Under the pieces are notes generated by a model. It was not told the origin of the DNA, did no database searches, and was given only the letters and a program-made list of their open reading frames with translations. A stretch of DNA of 52,157 nt, filler included, from Bipalium vagum (taxonomy: Eukaryota), in NCBI GenBank assembly GCA_037834085.1. It is 3 parts of 3 records of this genome, joined end to end, with 100 filler letters (N's around TTAATTAATTAA, not from the genome) between each part and the next. Parts side by side here need not be neighbours in the genome. Positions count along the whole stretch, not along the records: positions 1 to 16,842 come from JBBMKC010090857.1; 2 more parts are not named here. The stretch is one strand, 5' to 3'. Positions 1 to 12,659 of this stretch are shown here, one piece after another. Made by a program: the position numbers and the translations under genes. Position 1 is the first letter of the stretch, and each line of letters starts with the position of its first letter.

Positions 1-88
1 TCATATTTCAATAAAAAATTAACAGTTTAATGAAAAAAACGGTGTTTTTTATTTAATTCAAATCTTGCGTGATTTTTAAGACACCCTT
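1..88. mobile_element. End of a Tc1/mariner-superfamily element, truncated by the window edge
   Basis: The reverse complement of 58-90 reads ta-aagggtgtcttaaaaatcacgcaagatttg, a typical Tc1/mariner TIR start flanked by TA (89-90). No partner TIR lies in the window. Confidence 0.4.
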
Positions 89-485
89 TATAAAAGGAGA
101 ATTACAGAAGATTCCGAATGCACTATATCCAACAAAAATGTACTGTCTCCAAAACAGTTATTCTAAGAAAATCCACAGACCTAAAGATCCTGTCATTGTT
201 TCGCTACAAGCAGTCAGATTGTGTTAGTTATTATTATAATTAATAATAAATATTTTTATAAGAAACTGATAAAACTAATAAGAATCGGCACAAATTTAAA
301 TTTTTAATTTATTTTAAAATTAGAGATAAATAATTTTAAAAAAAAGATAATTTATTATCATAATAAAGTTATAATTAATTAAGATAATAAAATACAAAAC
401 TGCAATTCATAAAGTGTAACCAGGTATTTTAAAAATTTAACCTTTACATTTTTGTTTAAAATCGTCACATGGAATAAATTTTCAA

Positions 486-1112
486 ATGAGTATAAAAATT
501 GATTACTTTGAAGAAGCTCAAAAAGGTAGGTGACAACATTTACACTTTCATAATGATATATTTAAAGGACTAAATAAGATTTATTCAAGACTATTTTCCC
601 AGTCATATTTAGCTAATAATGAGATTACTTTTTTGTTACATGAGCTTGAAGTATGGTTTTAATTTTATCATATTATAAAAATACTTTCTATTTAGTTGAA
701 ATATAACGAACAAGATTTATATAAGCTAAATAATATTTCAACAATAATTGAAAAGCTCAATGAAGAAAAGGTTGAAAAATGCAAAAGTATTTTGGAAAAT
801 GATTTTCCTTTTTTGATAGATACAAGTAAAAAGAAATTTAATAAAAAAGTATAATAAAAGATATAAAGTAAACAGGTCATCAAAAGTCTTCAACGATTTA
901 TTGGTGGATTCTGAAAATGAAGTAATGTAAAATATTGATGAAAAATTAATCTTTTTATTTAGCATCCTATTTTACAAAAATCCCGAAAAGAGCGTGGGGA
1001 AAATATAATACAACTCCGTGAGAAAGAAGAGCAAGAAATAGAAGCAATAAATATTAAATATAATAATTTAGTAAAAGAAATTGAAGAAAAATGCAACGAA
1101 TTTATAAACTGA
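486..1112 (+). CDS. BLOC1S5: BLOC-1 complex subunit 5 (Muted), 151 aa, 5 exons
   Basis: Exons 486-525, 568-650, 696-825, 869-921, 963-1112; GT-AG introns of 42, 45, 43 and 41 nt keep the frame (456 nt). The translation GLNKIYSRLFSQSYLANNEITFLLHELE|LKYNEQDLYKLNNISTIIEKLNEEKVEKCKSILEN...EEQEIEAINIKYNNLVKEIEEK aligns by eye with Muted (DLGEIHSRLLDHRPVIQGETRYFVKEFE|EKRGLRE...LPKC...). Size and helical C-terminus fit. Confidence 0.8.
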
Positions 1113-1334
1113 TTTCATTTAACAATTTTTATTGAAATAAATTATCCGATTTGTGAAAGTGTGCAAATTATTCACTTCATTACCAAAGTATTGTTATTTT
1201 CAAAATAAAAATTATTCAATAATTGATAATACTGAAATTGTGATGAATGTTTTAGATAAATAAAAATCGTGAAATAAGCAATATTGTCTCTAATCTCAAT
1301 TGTAACCGGGTATTTTAACTAAAAGATAATAAGG

Positions 1335-3883
1335 TCAATCAAAATTTTCTGTTAGAGGTCTGATGATAAATTGACCTACATTCTGTTGACCCGTAAATAC
1401 TCGATCAGGATCGGAGAACGGCATTGAGTTGTCAATACGGACAAATTGAGTCACTGGCTGCATCTGGAGTTGTTCTGAAAGACCGAGTTTTGCTTGATTA
1501 AAACCAGTGACTTTAAAAACTGAATTGTTGGGAAATGTTGATGGAATCGTTGTAATTAGGTTTGATCGTGAGTTCATCACATTTCTCTGTGACTGGGACT
1601 GTGTGAATGGAGGTTGATGATATCGATTTCCAATTGTAGGTTCATTTGAGATAAGTCTGTAATCATAATATGGAGTGTTTCCAATAAACATTTGACGAAA
1701 ATTATTTTGAGCAGCTGACATTTGATTAATTTGATCATTATAATTAATCATATCAGTTCGATAAGTCAAAGGTACAAAGTATTGGTCAGCGTTAATATTG
1801 GGCATTGATCGATATAAAAAACTGTTTGAGAATTGTGACATTGGTTGTGATATATTCATCACGTTTTGTATTGGAAGACTTTGCAAATCAGAAAGGTGTT
1901 GGATAGAACTTGGTATACCGGATATTGACATTTTTCGAGAATTTAACAATTGATATTGGTGTACATTAGGTTGAGGGACGTGGATCATTTGATTTGCTAA
2001 TACACCACCAGAACCAACCATGGCGAGACTTGGTGAAACAGTTTGTGGACAATTAAGCTCTATCGGATTGGAATTTGAAGCAATTAGGTGCATTAAATTA
2101 TAGGTTGGTGGTATGGAAACAGGTACAGTAGCAGGAGAAACCCTATTATTCCTGCATATTGGCATTTTTTGTAACATTTCGTTACGGTAATTTGCAATGT
2201 TATTGGTGTTCAGTGTTGAGGTAAGAGTAGTATTGATTGTAGAAAGAGCCTTTTTCTGTACATTTGGCAAAGACGTAATTTGATTGATCATCGACATTCG
2301 TTGAATGTCCGATGACTTTTGGTCAAGAGATTCATCGGAGATTTTTCGATTTCTCACTTGTTTTCGAGGAAAATCTCTATCAGGTGACAAAACTATAGTT
2401 TCCGATTTGGGTACAATTGAAGATTTTGACAGAGGCACATAATGTAGCGAAATACATTCGACTTGAATTTGATTTTGTGAAAGGGGCTCCATGCTCAAGC
2501 TGTCCACTGAACTCTGCTTAAACGTTAATAAGTTTTTAGAACCCTCATTTTTCGTAGCTAGAGGACGTGGCTCCAACACGACTGGACTGTCAAATGTTTC
2601 GTGTTCCCTAATCTTAGGCGAAGCCGGAATCATTGATAAGGATTGTAATACAGAAGAAATTTCACTGACATTAAAGGTTTTTCTGTCTGTCAATTCCAAG
2701 GGCAATTCTTTAACTTGTGCTCTGGATTGGGAGTGTGGGATTATAATAGCAGGGTTATGTATATATTGGATTTCACCGGTAGAATCAACCAATAACACGC
2801 CATCAGTGGGCACTTGATAAACACATTTTTTAGCTTTTCCGGAATGATCCAATTTTCGAGTGTCTTTTGCAATGACGAAATCTTTGTCCTTAGAACCTTT
2901 AACAAAAGTAAACAGAGAGTCCGAGCTGGGAAGTCCGAAAAACATTTGATCAGCGGGAATTTCCAGGATTCGAACATTTTTCTGGATTAGCTCTTCACTT
3001 TGCGGTAAAATTATAAATCCTTTAGACGATGGATTTTGCAATTTCTCAGCGATAAGCTTGAATGATGATAAAAGACACTCCGGAATCTGGATCCGAAAAT
3101 CTTTGAGTGGTGTGTCACAACTAGATTTGTTTGGTGTCAATGATTGATTGGTATCAGATACAAAATCTGACAATTTGTTTGAGCTGCCAGTGTATGTTTT
3201 AATTTGGTTATTACACCGGGCCGAATTAACAGCCTCAACATCTAAGGTCGTCGGCAATGGAGTCGATCGTTTGAATGGGAAATATGTCAGATCTTCTATG
3301 CTTGTTTGGGGCGAGAGATTCGTCGGAGACACACAATTCACACTTAACAGACTACCTGGTGTACACTTGAGAACAGTATTTGGGTGGTTGCAAAGATTGA
3401 CAGACAATACTGAATTAGGTTGAGTTGTTTCCACGGCGTTGCAAGAAACTGGCATTTGATAAATAGTTTCGGAAAGTGTTACCAAATTTGAATGTTCAGC
3501 AAAAGGATGAAAGACGTAATCTTCATTCAATGAAATCGAATTGATATCCTCTGATAAGTGGCGACAGAGATTTTCCATGGTACACCTCAAAGATTCGACA
3601 ATATCTTTATTTCTGAGTTCTTCTGGAAATTGTCCGGAGTCCTTTAATTTTAAAATCAAGTTTAAGATCTGATGAAAAAGACTTATTTTACATTTACCCC
3701 GATCAATTTTAAGAGATCTAGGCCATTAAAATCGGTATTTAGTGAACACGAAAATCTGGTTTGATTGACTGGAAGCCTTGCTTCAAATATCAGCACGGTT
3801 TCGGATGTTACAGGATCATTTGATAGTTCAATTATTCTCAACAAGTACTTGATAGTAGAAAGTCTTAACGAATTCTCCTTTAT
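1335..3883 (-). CDS. Uncharacterised S/P/Q/N-rich protein; one 2.3 kb terminal exon plus a probable upstream exon, 5' end unresolved
   Basis: An uninterrupted 774-codon ORF in very AT-rich DNA is unlikely by chance. The TTG start in the track is not credible. An in-phase upstream exon 3883-3698 (IKENSLRLSTIK...LLKLIG) joins via donor GTAAAT at 3697 to an acceptor at 3669 (CAG) or 3642 (AAG). The first in-frame ATG in the big exon is at 3578. No domain recognised. Confidence 0.75.
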
Positions 3884-4869
3884 CTAAAATTATTATCAGT
3901 ATAGAATTCTTTATAATTATTTTATATCAAGTTTAACAAAAATGATGGTGAATTTTTAGAATATTAAAATAGAAGACCTGATTCTGATAAAAGCCGATAG
4001 ATGCATAATCTAATTGATCTTGATAGTATCAATTTATAAATTTCAATAGAAGTTAACTATATCAAGAAAATTTATAAACATTTGTGTTTTGTTTCTTTTA
4101 AACATACAAATCACAAATGGTTTGGAATAAGAGAAATTTAAATTTATTTTGATAAAGAAAGTGCAAAATAGATGTTATTTTTTAAATAACTGTTGATATT
4201 TTTCTATAATATTAAATAATAACAAAATCTTTTTAAAAAAAAATTGTTACTGTTAATGTAACAAATAGGTGCTGTCAAATGGTATCTGAGACTAATAATT
4301 TTAATAATATTCATTCACTTAAACAAAATCATTTTTCATTTATAAAGTAAAATGAAAAAATTCTTTGTTTTAATGAAAATCAAATAATTGTTCATATATT
4401 ATATTAATATTAATAATAGTCTATTATGCTTTACTATGATAGTTCAACATTAACTTAAAATGAAAAAATAATTAATAATAGTAAGTAGATTTTGAGTGAA
4501 CATTTAGTAACTTAGAATATTGTGGAAAGAGTATAATCAATCATACAAACTGTATAATGGAAATAGAATACAAAATTTTACAGGATACCAAAATTTCAAT
4601 TATATTTTTAATTGGTTTGAAAAGAAGGAAATCTACAAAACAGTCAAACAAAAACTATAAATTATTAATAAAAAAAATAGTTAAAGCTGAGAGTTTTCCA
4701 TAAGAAAATCAATTTCAAATCCTTTTAAAAGTGGAGTTCCAACTGGTAAATATTCTGTTTTAAGAAAAGAAATGATATATTAAAAGCAGATTTACATTTT
4801 TTAAAAATGCCATATGTTTCATAATTTAATTGACATTTACTTTTAAACTGATCTAGAACGAAGTGATAT

Positions 4870-5710
4870 ATTAGGTAACATAAAGTTTCCAGTGTTTTAA
4901 AGTGATAAAATCAAATAAAGTTCTATTTTGTTCAGTAATCATTTGCATTTTATCTGATAAATTCATAATACCATCACTGTAAAAATTCTTGAAATTCTTT
5001 TTACTGTCTTCTTTAAACACCGTTTAAATCTCAATATGAAAATTCTGCAAATGCAGAAACAACATTAAAAATGTATGCGTGGTCCGACGTTGTCGTTATG
5101 GAACACAACCAACTTGGAATTGAGTTATTCAGGTCGGCTTTTTTCATTTCATAGTTTAATTTTTAATGTTGCTGAATAGAATATGAAATTGATTGTTTTA
5201 CCAGGTTCCAGTAGCTCATTATGCACGATTCTTTTCAAATCCCAAAAATCAGACATGATTTTTCTTGAAGTTAATCTTTGCTTGGCCATCGTTTGAACCA
5301 GGGCTTTTTGCTCACATTACTTTTATACGTAATTCACTTTTCCTTTCTCATGGTCATATTTTAAGGAAATGGTTCAAGTTCATTTCTTTTCAACAAAGGT
5401 TTAAAAAATAGAAAATTTCTTAATTAAATTCTTTTCAGATAAATTATGAGGCACCGAAATATCTATCTTTTTTGTAACTAATTCTTTCTAGATTATTTAA
5501 AATAGTTTATTGACAAATGCCTATGTCATTAACAATGTCATAACGGCTTATGTGGCGGTCTTGATTAGTTTCATAATTTCTTTGTCTGTATCTAATTTTG
5601 ATAGGTCTTCCACCTCAAAGTTACCTGAGCGAAATAGCGCTAACAATTGCTCCACCGTTCTTTTTGATATGATATCCTTATATTTTCTATATTTTACTAA
5701 TTCTCATTAA
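4870..5710 (-). mobile_element. Decayed mariner transposon
   Basis: The minus strand near 5670-5560 reads ISKRTVEQLLALFRSGNFEVEDL, matching the mariner HTH pattern RTVxxWFxRFRSGxFDLED. A TIR-like ttaggtaacataaagtttcc lies at 4871. Many stops and frameshifts. Confidence 0.55.
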
Positions 5711-6744
5711 ACATAGGATGAAAAATATTTAATATATAATTATTTTCAAATGCGAGAAATGACGGTAGATATGTTAACAAAAACTTTGTCTTTCAACAAA
5801 TTTTTATATCAAAAAAATTGATATAACGATTTTTACTTTACTCAAAACATTTAGTCTGTATACAACTCTATCAGGGACTTAAACTTTTAATAGATTTTAT
5901 TTAAATTAATATATTTCCTTTCTTTAAGTTTATAAAAAATATATCAACAAAACATCTCATTATCATTGATTTCAGCTAAATAGTTTTACGAAAAATATAA
6001 ATAAACTGATGTCTCTGTCTGTGCAATTTCAGAATGAAAGTTAAATTTATTTTCTAAGTTATTTTGAATAGTTTTCTCTTGTTATTTTTTCAAATATTGA
6101 TATTTTGATTCTCGTAATTTTACTTGTAAAAACGAAATTTGGTTTTTATTTTATATAACATTGATGAAAAGTTTTTGTTTTTACAAACAAACGTCATGAT
6201 CAAAATAACATCATTATTAAAACAAAAAGAATAAAAATGAAGGGAACATTTTGTTATCTTTTTGATTAAAGTAACCAAATCAAAAATCCTAGAAAAGAAG
6301 ACTGGGTGTGGCTACATTTCTTTATAAAAATGATTAATCAATAAATTTTAAATAATGGAATTCATTAAGTTATTGTCTAATGGCAGTCTTTGATATTATT
6401 CAATATTTGTTCATTGACTTTCACATTGTTTCGAAATTTTTATAATTTTGGTTTATATATATTTTCTATTTATATTAATGAATAAAAAACTATTTATATT
6501 TTGAATTTATGAATTTTAATTTTAAACTGAGGCTTTTCTCAAGTTTCAATTTTTAATATAAATTGATTTTTTCAAAAATAATGTTTTTCAAATTAATTTT
6601 TAAACAAATATTATTAATAGTAAAAATAATAAATATTTAAATTTAATTCAAAGTTATTCGGTGTACTGTATTACTCAAATAAGTTTTAATCGATTTAAAA
6701 TTTATTGCGTCACATGAGAGAATTTTAAATATGTAGAAGCAATA

Positions 6745-7444
6745 CAGTCAAACCCCGTTATAAGGGACACTTAAATGCCAAATTTTTGCGGACCAATTTT
6801 TATATAGAAAAACATCGTACTTCCTCGATATAAAAAACTCCTGTTATAAATGGCAATAAATTTATGAAATCTTCATTAAAATTTACGAAATCTTCATTTT
6901 AGTTCAAAATTGTTTACATAATAGTAAACCATGACAATAATTAATAATAATAAAATATTAAAACGAATCGCATTAAATAACCAAAAAAAAATCTAAAATT
7001 CGTCAACAACAGCACAAGATGGCCAATTTGGAAGAGGTACCAAACATTTTTCAAATATTTTTGGTAAAGCAGTCAATTATAAGACTGTTTTAAGGTTTCT
7101 AAAAGTAAGCCAACAACAAATTCAGATCAAATTGATTCCGATTTAAAAAGCGACATAATCTGAAATCGAAGTTTTTATTTGGTGAACGCGGAAATATTAA
7201 TCTACAGTAAATTAAATCTACTAAACTTCAATTGATAAAAATCATTAAAGATAATGAACTATCCTATATCTATAATATGGGTGAAACTGGTCTTATATCT
7301 AAACAACTTCTTTCAAGAACATTTAGCAATCATAATGTTAAAGGCGTCAAAATGTATAAATTCAGATTAACTAAGTATGATGTTGCAATGCGACTGGTAA
7401 TACAGGGTCTTCCAAAAGAAGCTTTATTACTTTTAACATATTAA
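6745..7444 (+). mobile_element. Tigger/pogo remnant
   Basis: Starts ta-cagtcaaaccccgttataag (Tigger-type TIR). The ORF fragment IYNMGETGL resembles the first catalytic motif IYNMDETGL of pogo/Tigger DDE transposases. Confidence 0.55.
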
Positions 7445-7514
7445 ATACTAAGTATTTTTTGTTTAAATAAATTAATATTTAACATTTTTCTAGCTAAACA
7501 TTTGAAAATTAAGT

Positions 7515-8057
7515 ATGGATCGTTATAATATGCAACAGTAGGCAGAAATTGTCAAAATATTTCATCAAAGCGGTAGTTCAATTTCAGTAACCGTTAAAAA
7601 ATTAAATGCAAAATTTGGGAAAAACAAATGTTCATCAAAACCAACAATTGCATTATTACACGAAACTTTTCCATCTGGTGTGATCTCACGTTTCGATGAT
7701 GTTAATTGGCCCCTAGATCTCCCGATTTTACGCCTGCAGACTATTTCTTATTAGGATATCTAAAAGATAAAGTTTATATTAATCAACCAAAAACTATTAC
7801 ACAACTCAAAGACAATATTTCGGAATAAATCGCTATGATCTCAATTGACTTAGGCCAAAAAGTTATGCAAAATTCCATATAAATAGCCAAAACTTGTAAG
7901 GCTGCCAAAGGCGGTCATTTTAATGACATATTTAAAATATAAATTTTTGTAATATCTGTGTTTAAATAAAGATATAAATAAAATTACTTGGCTTTTTAAT
8001 TTTTATGTACTGAGAAATAGCGACTTAAAGTAGTAAAGCTTCTTTTGGAAGATCCTG
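7515..8057 (+). mobile_element. Internally deleted DD41D (rosa)-like Tc1/mariner element
   Basis: An N-terminal HTH fragment (MDRYNMQQ*AEIVKIFHQSG...) is joined directly to VISRFDDVNWP/RSPDFTPADYFLLGYLKDKVYINQPKTITQLKDNI...KGGHF. The element ends in cttttggaagatcctg-ta. Confidence 0.65.
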
Positions 8058-9830
8058 TATTAGTCTTTTAAAATTAACGATAATAATTTATATTGTAGTA
8101 ATATTTCTTAAGTATAAAACACGTCAAATAAATTAAAATTGTAAATAATCATAGTTACGAACTGATCATAAGTTGAAAATGAAACAATGAGTTTAATGAA
8201 ATGTTTTTAATAACATATTACAATTGTGTTCTCTTTATGTCACCGTCATCACATTATAATTTATAATAATCTATAAAATTTAATTAGATAAGATAAAATA
8301 TCAAATCATTATGAAATCAAGGCATTATGAATGATTAATGAATTTAATGATTATTACTTGAAAATTAAAAATTTTATAAAAATCATTTATTATTGGTGTG
8401 TGTAACTAAGGCCTATAAAGCAACATTTCAAAATAATCTTGACCATAGAAATAGAAAAATATTAATTTTATCACAAATACATGAATAAAAATATGAAAAA
8501 TGATATGAACTGACCAATAACAATTTTAATAACAATAATAAAATGATAATATAGTTATATGAATAGTATTTATAGTTATAATAAATAATAATAACAAAAA
8601 CCAAATAAAAAATAAAGTGTTTACAAAATTATTATTAATATTATTTATAATAATAATTAATATTATTTATTACTTTAATAAAATATATTGGAACTATTTT
8701 TTAACCGGTTATTTGTTCAAATTATCCAGTTATTAATAAGGCATGAATGAAGGGTGCCAAAAATAAAATAATAATTTTATGATATTTATGTGAATGAGCT
8801 GAATGGAAATATTTTTAGTCCTTCAAAATAAACAAATTAATTTGTGGAGATCTAATAAAAAAAATCTTAAATAATAAAATAACCTTTAAAATTCAATTGT
8901 AAAACAACTAATGATGCAGCCATCAAAGTAAATAGCATTTTTCAGTGATTATGCGATTATCATTAAATAAATCGTGATAGGCTCCTCTGATAATATTACA
9001 GAATAATGAAATCTTTTTAATCAATGCAACGTTTATTTAGTCGTACCGCTCTGTTTACGTTTATTCTATACAATGTAACCTTAATCTGACATTAATAGAC
9101 CCAAGAATTCGAAGTTAAGCAAAACATTATAATTTTGAGCAATTTAATATCATAAATGAATATTAAAATAAATTTTAATTAACAAGAACTGGTCAATTCA
9201 TAAGGTAAAATCTGTATCAAACTTTTAGTTATTTTATAGAAGTTTGACAACTCACGAAATTAAATCATTTATCTGTTCATATGACAAATACAGAGGTTAT
9301 TGATTTTGGAATTACATTTTACATCCTTTTTAAAAGATTCTCTATTGTTATTTTGCGAAATTTTTTCATTAAAAGTTTTATAACTATCTGCTTGCAATAC
9401 ATTTATTTTTTAATAAATAAAATTTCTGATTAATAAAAAATTGTTTGAGGTTCTTTTCTACGAAAATCAAAGATTAAAAGAAAAATATTCATTTAAGCGT
9501 AAATTTTTAAAATTGTGTTAATAAATATACAATAATAATATTAAAACAGAGTGAACGTTAAGTAAAGTAATTTAAATTAAGAAAATCTATTAGACTTGAG
9601 TATTTGTTTGCAGTTCCAGTTGACACCACCAAACTGCTGTAAATATATATTTTTAAAATAGTTTGAGTAATACGACATTTCATACTGGACAATATAATAG
9701 CTGGAAATGGATAGTTTTCTTTCTCTAAGGTACTTTGTAGATCTTACATTGTATTTGTACATTTAGCAAAAAAGAACCAATTCTTGAGTGGTTGTATTGA
9801 TGCTTGAAATTTTGATTCTGTCAGTGATTC

Positions 9831-10480
9831 GGTTAAAAACAACCGTTAGACCATTTTTGTTTAAATTTATTAATTAAATTTACTTTTCTTAAGATTATTG
9901 TTAAATACTGTGATTTCATGTTATTGAGACTAATTATTTATTAATAGACAATAATACAAATTTAATAATATTATTCGCAAAGTAAGATTATCCAAACAAA
10001 TAAAACTCTGAATCCACATCGGGATATTTATGGTATTAATTTGTTATTGTAGATACAGGAATGTCATATTCGTATGCTGCTTGGATCAACAATATTCAAA
10101 CAATATGAAAAAATATATGTACATGCCAATATTTGTATTGTACATAGTATTAGTAAATAAAGTTCTTTTTATTTTGCAAGCTGTTTTATAACATCGAAAA
10201 ACCTTACTTTGCGAATAATATTTAATATTTTCACAAAATAATTCCCATTCTATATCATGTGGAATTAATCCATAATCGTGGCACCACTTAGTGCTTTCTC
10301 ATAAATATTAACAGATTTAACTAAATCTTTTCTTTTAATTTTAGTTATAGAATTTCTTGTGTAATTATTAGATTGCTTCGTAAGTCCATAATAACTTCAA
10401 TTATCTAAAAAGAAAATTTATAATTAAGTAAATTTAATTAGTAACTTTTAAAAAAAGTGATTCAACGGTTGTTTTTAACC
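9831..10480 (-). mobile_element. Non-autonomous Merlin (IS1016-like) element
   Basis: A perfect 17-bp TIR ggttaaaaacaaccgtt (9831-9847 and 10464-10480) starts with GG. The flanks gtgattc and gtgatttc form a near-perfect ~8-bp TSD. A minus-strand relic KWCHDYGLIP resembles Merlin transposase N-termini. Confidence 0.65.
9971..10218. mobile_element. Tc1/mariner-type MITE nested inside the Merlin element
   Basis: A perfect 20-bp inverted repeat aatattattcgcaaagtaag (9967-9986 and 10203-10222) includes TA dinucleotides at 9969-70 and 10219-20. Confidence 0.6.
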
Positions 10481-10748
10481 GTGATTTCAATTAATTTGCA
10501 GAAGATGGAATTTGGACAACTGTCAAATATTTGTCAGTTCTACTGTTCGAGCTTCAGAAATTGGTTTGTGCACATTTTTGGTTTTGATCTAGGAAAACTT
10601 TTGAAGGTTAGGCTTATCAAGATAAATCGCATTTGAAAAACGATTTACAAATTTGATAAATCCAAAAAAAACCAATAAATAATAAGAGCTATCCCTAATC
10701 ATTTACAAAAACATAAGTTGTTATAAAATCTTCTAAATATGATTCTTG

Positions 10749-12003
10749 TTAGGTAATTTCATAAAAATATCAGATTATCTATTAGAAAATTGAATTTTTA
10801 AAGTTCAATTATAAAATCAAATTTTCCTTTCCATATAATTTCCATCGTTGTTTAGGACCTTTTACCATCTTGTTGGTAGAGTTTCAATTCCCCGGCCATA
10901 AAATGCGGTATCTTTTGAAGAGAAATATGATTCTAGATGAGTTTGAACATCATCAGCACTTTTGAAATTTTGATTCTTCAGGGAATGTTCCATGGACCGA
11001 AATAAATGAAAATCCGATGGCGCTATATCTGTAGAATATGGGGTATGGGGTAAAACTTCCCAGTCTAACTGCCTTATTTTTTCTTGAGTTAATTTTGCTG
11101 CATGAGGTCTTGAATTATCATGTTGCAATATTACCCCTTTCTGTTAACCAAATCTGGTCGTTTTACGAACAATTGGTTTCGTAATCTATCCAATTGTTGG
11201 CAATACAATTCAGCCGAAACTATTTCTCCTGATTTCAATAGTTCAAAATGAATTATGCCACCACATTCCCCCCAAACGCACAATAATACCTTCTTTAGAG
11301 TAAGGGATGGTTTCGGAATGGGTACGGCTAGTTAATTTGGAGAAAGCCATTGCTTGGTGCGCTTGTTGTTGTTGTACAAGACCCATTTCTCGTCACCAGT
11401 AACAATCCTTCTTAAAAACAGATGATCTCTTTATCTGCACAAAAGAGATGTGCAAATTGTACGCCGTTGATCTTAATTCATCTCCGACAATAGATGTGGG
11501 ACCCATATATCATGCCTGTAAACCTTCCAGATTTCTTTAAGATGTCTTTGAACTGTTGACCAAGTAGCTTGAAGAGTTTTTGCTATTTCCTGGATACTCA
11601 TTTTGGGATTTGTTTCCACCCGTGCTTTTAGAGCGTCTTTATCAAACCCTACCCGGCGTCCAGTTCGAGCGCTATCATACAAGCCAAAATCACCATTTCG
11701 AAACCAATGTTAGCACTTATTGACTTTTAATACAGAACAACAATCTTCTTTGTTACAACGGTTGCATTAACACCCGATCGAAAATGAAACAGTATGCGAT
11801 GACGTAAATGTTCCTCACTTGGTTGATTCTCCGCTATTTTATACCAGAATAATAAAAACGTTTGAATTTAATTATAATCAATATTCAAGGTCAATGATTG
11901 TAATTTAACGTAATAAAACACGTGTTTATATAATCGGGGTCTGAGCTAGAATGAAGCAAACACTGCATACTAAAAATAATTGATTACTTATGGGTTCTCC
12001 TAA
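10749..12003 (-). mobile_element. Full-length but defective mariner (DD34D) transposon
   Basis: Motifs WVPHLL, IVTGDEKWV, QHDNSRPH and HTPYSTDIAPSDFHLF are present. Length about 1.25 kb, with degenerate TIRs (ttaggtaatttcataa and ttaggagaacccataa). Frameshifted. Confidence 0.85.
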
Positions 12004-12659
12004 TATTTAAGTATTAACCATCCATGTAATTATAAAAAGTCGCATATGGACCTAAAATTAATTATTATTTTTCGTATTTTTCTAAACATAAAAGATGAAA
12101 AAATGGAATCAAATTAAAATCAAAATTTAAAGAAGGCAACAAGTAACAAAAACTACATTATTATTGAAGATTAATGTGAAAATTTGGATAGGAAATTTTG
12201 GAAGAGGACAGAGATTACTGTTGAAGAAACTTAGTTGAGTAAATTTATAATTCTCAAAATATTTTAAGACACTTTTTTAGTCATACTGCAAGAAAATATT
12301 GTGGTCGCTATATTAACATCTATCGATTTATAATGCAAATTTGTATAAAAAAACTTTAATAATTTATTAATGTAATCACAAATTCTAAATGTTCAAACCC
12401 TTTGCATAAATTATATAAAAATTAGAATAATTCATTAGAATTCTATTAGGTCGACACAAGTAATGTCGTTTTTTAATAATTAGTATTGAATCAATAAGTA
12501 ATTTGTTTAAATATATCAAATTAATAATTTTTTGGGTAAATAAAATACAACTTAGTAATACGAAACAATGCAGCCTGACCGGAAAATATTAAAATTACTT
12601 TTATCATATAATTTTTAAAATTATTTTTAAAAATTGGCATAGGGTTTTCGGTTTAAATT

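Noticed and set aside
692-965. Minus-strand 63-aa and 75-aa ORFs
   Set aside because: Antisense shadows of BLOC1S5 exons 3-4.
2491-3423. ORFs 2491-2817, 2741-2977 and 3148-3423
   Set aside because: Antisense or alternative-frame shadows of the 774-codon ORF.
3977-4190. Further 5' exons for the large orphan gene (LTSIEIYKLILSRSIRLCIYRLLSES or MHLSAFIRI)
   Set aside because: The phases do not join the strong acceptor at 3884 without a stop, so this is left unresolved.
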